Shown: positions 15,089 to 16,730 of the stretch, in pieces
How the letters are laid out: each line of letters begins with the position of its first letter
Position numbering within the stretch: position 1 is the first letter of the stretch
Program-made: the position numbers and the translations under genes
Assembly: GCA_043779265.1 (NCBI GenBank)
Contig: JAYWEM010000164.1
Span: 1 to 16,730 of the forward strand
Source: a bacterium
Lineage (GTDB): Bacteria > Eisenbacteria > RBG-16-71-46
Length of the DNA: 16,730 bases
Direction of reading: 5' to 3'
The notes under the pieces: generated by a model
Told to the model about the DNA's origin: nothing
The model's database searches: none
Seen by the model: only the letters and a program-made list of their open reading frames with translations

Positions 15089-16730
15089 ATGATCGTCCTT
15101 GACCGAGTCAGCAAACAGTATGGCCGCCAGGTCCTCTTCGTCGAGGGCTCCTTCCAGCTCGATCCGGGCGAGAAGGTCGGCCTCGTCGGGCCCAATGGCG
15201 CCGGCAAGACCACGCTCTTCCGACTGATGGTCGGCGAGGAGAGCCCCGATGAGGGCTCGGTCACAGTGCCCAAGCGCCTGTCGATCGGCTACTACCGTCA
15301 GGACATCGGCGAGATCTCGGGGCGAAGTGTGCTCGACGAGGCCATCGCGGGCAGCGGCGAACTGGGCGACTGGCACCATGAGCTCAAGGACATCGAGCTC
15401 GGCATGGCCGACCCGGAACGGGCCGATGAGCTGGACCAGCTGCTCGAACGCTTCGGCCACATCCAGGAGGTGTACTCCTCGGCTGGAGGCTATGAACTCG
15501 AGGCCCGCGCCCGCGAGATCCTGCACGGCCTCGGCTTCGAGGACCCGCAGATCGAGGGCGATGCCGGTGCGCTCTCCGGCGGATGGAAGATGCGCGTCGG
15601 ACTCGCCCGCATCCTGCTCGGTCGGCCCGATGTGCTGCTGATGGATGAGCCCACCAACCACCTCGACATCGAGTCCATCCTGTGGCTCGAGCGCTTCATC
15701 GGCGCGTACCCGGGTGCGGTGCTCATGACCTGCCACGACAAGGACTTCATGAATCGCGTCGTCGATCGCATCCTCGAGATCGACGGTGGCGAGTTCACCA
15801 GCTATTCGGGCGATCACGACTTCTACGTCCGAGAGCGCGCCATCTCGGAAGCCAATCGAGAGGCCGCGCACGCGCGTCAGCAGGCGATGCTGGCCAAGGA
15901 GCGGCGATTCATCGAGCGCTTCGCGGCCCACGCCGCCAAAGCCGCGCAGGTGCAGAGCCGGGTCAAGAAGCTCGAGAAGATCGAGACGATCGAGCTCCCC
16001 CGTCGCCGCTCGGTCGTCGAGTTCCGGTTCCGTACGCCGCCGCGCTCCGGCGAGGATGTGCTCGACATGCAGGGCATCCGCAAGTCCTATGGCACGCGCG
16101 CCATCTATGATGATTTCGCCTTCCGGATCCGGCGCACGGAGCGCTGGTGCGTGATGGGCCGCAATGGCGCCGGCAAGAGCACGCTCTTGAAGATGGTCAC
16201 AGGCGCCATCGCCCCGGATGCAGGCACGGTACGCCTCGGTGCCTCGCTCAAAGTCGGCTACTTCGCGCAGCAGTCGCTGGAGCTGCTCGACCCGGGCCTC
16301 ACGGTGTTCGAACAGGTGCAGCACGATTTCCCGCTGGAGACCCAGGGCGTCATGCGGAACCTGCTGGGAGCGTTCCACTTCTCGGGCCCGGATGTCGACA
16401 AGCCGATCCGCGTGCTCTCTGGCGGCGAGAAGTCGCGGCTCGTATTGGCGCGGATCCTGTTCGACCCGCCCAACTTCCTCGTCCTCGATGAGCCCACCAA
16501 CCATCTCGACCTCGAGACCAAGGAGATGCTGGTCGGTGCACTCGAAGACTACGAAGGGACGATGCTGTTCGTGAGTCACGACCGCACGTTCCTGCGCGGC
16601 GTCGCGACGCGTGTGCTCGAACTGCGCCCGGGAAATGGTGGGAGCGAGAAGGCCCTGCCCCCCTTCGAGTACCTGGGATCCTACGTCGAGTACGTCGAGC
16701 GCAGCGGCAGCGAGGCCGCAGGCGTCCATC
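15089..16730 (+). CDS. ABC-F family ATPase (ribosome-associated), 3'-truncated by window edge; absent from the ORF track
   Basis: MIVLDRVSKQYG.. with two ABC cassettes: GPNGAGKT / LSGGW / DEPTNHLD / CHD and GRNGAGKS / LSGGE / DEPTNHLD / SHDR. Helical linker with AAQVQSRVKKLEK. No TM segments and no stop before the window end. Confidence 0.95.
   Translation, partial: MIVLDRVSKQYGRQVLFVEGSFQLDPGEKVGLVGPNGAGKTTLFRLMVGEESPDEGSVTVPKRLSIGYYRQDIGEISGRSVLDEAIAGSGELGDWHHELKDIELGMADPERADELDQLLERFGHIQEVYSSAGGYELEARAREILHGLGFEDPQIEGDAGALSGGWKMRVGLARILLGRPDVLLMDEPTNHLDIESILWLERFIGAYPGAVLMTCHDKDFMNRVVDRILEIDGGEFTSYSGDHDFYVRERAISEANREAAHARQQAMLAKERRFIERFAAHAAKAAQVQSRVKKLEKIETIELPRRRSVVEFRFRTPPRSGEDVLDMQGIRKSYGTRAIYDDFAFRIRRTERWCVMGRNGAGKSTLLKMVTGAIAPDAGTVRLGASLKVGYFAQQSLELLDPGLTVFEQVQHDFPLETQGVMRNLLGAFHFSGPDVDKPIRVLSGGEKSRLVLARILFDPPNFLVLDEPTNHLDLETKEMLVGALEDYEGTMLFVSHDRTFLRGVATRVLELRPGNGGSEKALPPFEYLGSYVEYVERSGSEAAGVH

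Noticed and set aside
14834..16729. 631-aa minus-strand ORF
   Set aside because: Antisense shadow of the ABC-F gene, which has all the conserved motifs on the + strand. Long shadow ORFs are expected at this GC content.
1..16730. CRISPR arrays, tRNA/rRNA, IS elements, phage or defence genes
   Set aside because: No regularly spaced repeats, RNA gene signatures, transposase or integrase motifs, or AT-rich islands were seen. Intergenic gaps are too short to hide them.

Overview
GC-rich bacterial window, almost fully coding, with two metabolic blocks. (1) Purine catabolism: the 3' end of xdhB (+) converges on a tightly coupled minus-strand operon puuD-allB-alc-uraD-uraH. That operon ends in an uncharacterised CitE/malate-synthase-like TIM-barrel enzyme where a glyoxylate-handling gene would be expected. 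Upstream lie a SCO-PCuAC copper-chaperone fusion (-) and a divergent deoD (+). (2) A two-gene NAD-linked formate dehydrogenase. The catalytic subunit is a selenoprotein (in-frame UGA at 9420-9422 plus a SECIS hairpin; the ORF track splits it in two) and lacks its own N-terminal [4Fe-4S] domain. That domain sits at the C-terminus of the downstream NuoE-NuoF-NuoG(N)-like fusion. Between the blocks is an unannotated, decayed aquaporin remnant. The window ends with a TPM/zinc-ribbon membrane protein and an ABC-F ATPase that runs off the edge. Four transcription units show a TANNNT box 6-9 nt before the ATG (leaderless-type). All family assignments come from motif recognition by eye, not database searches.
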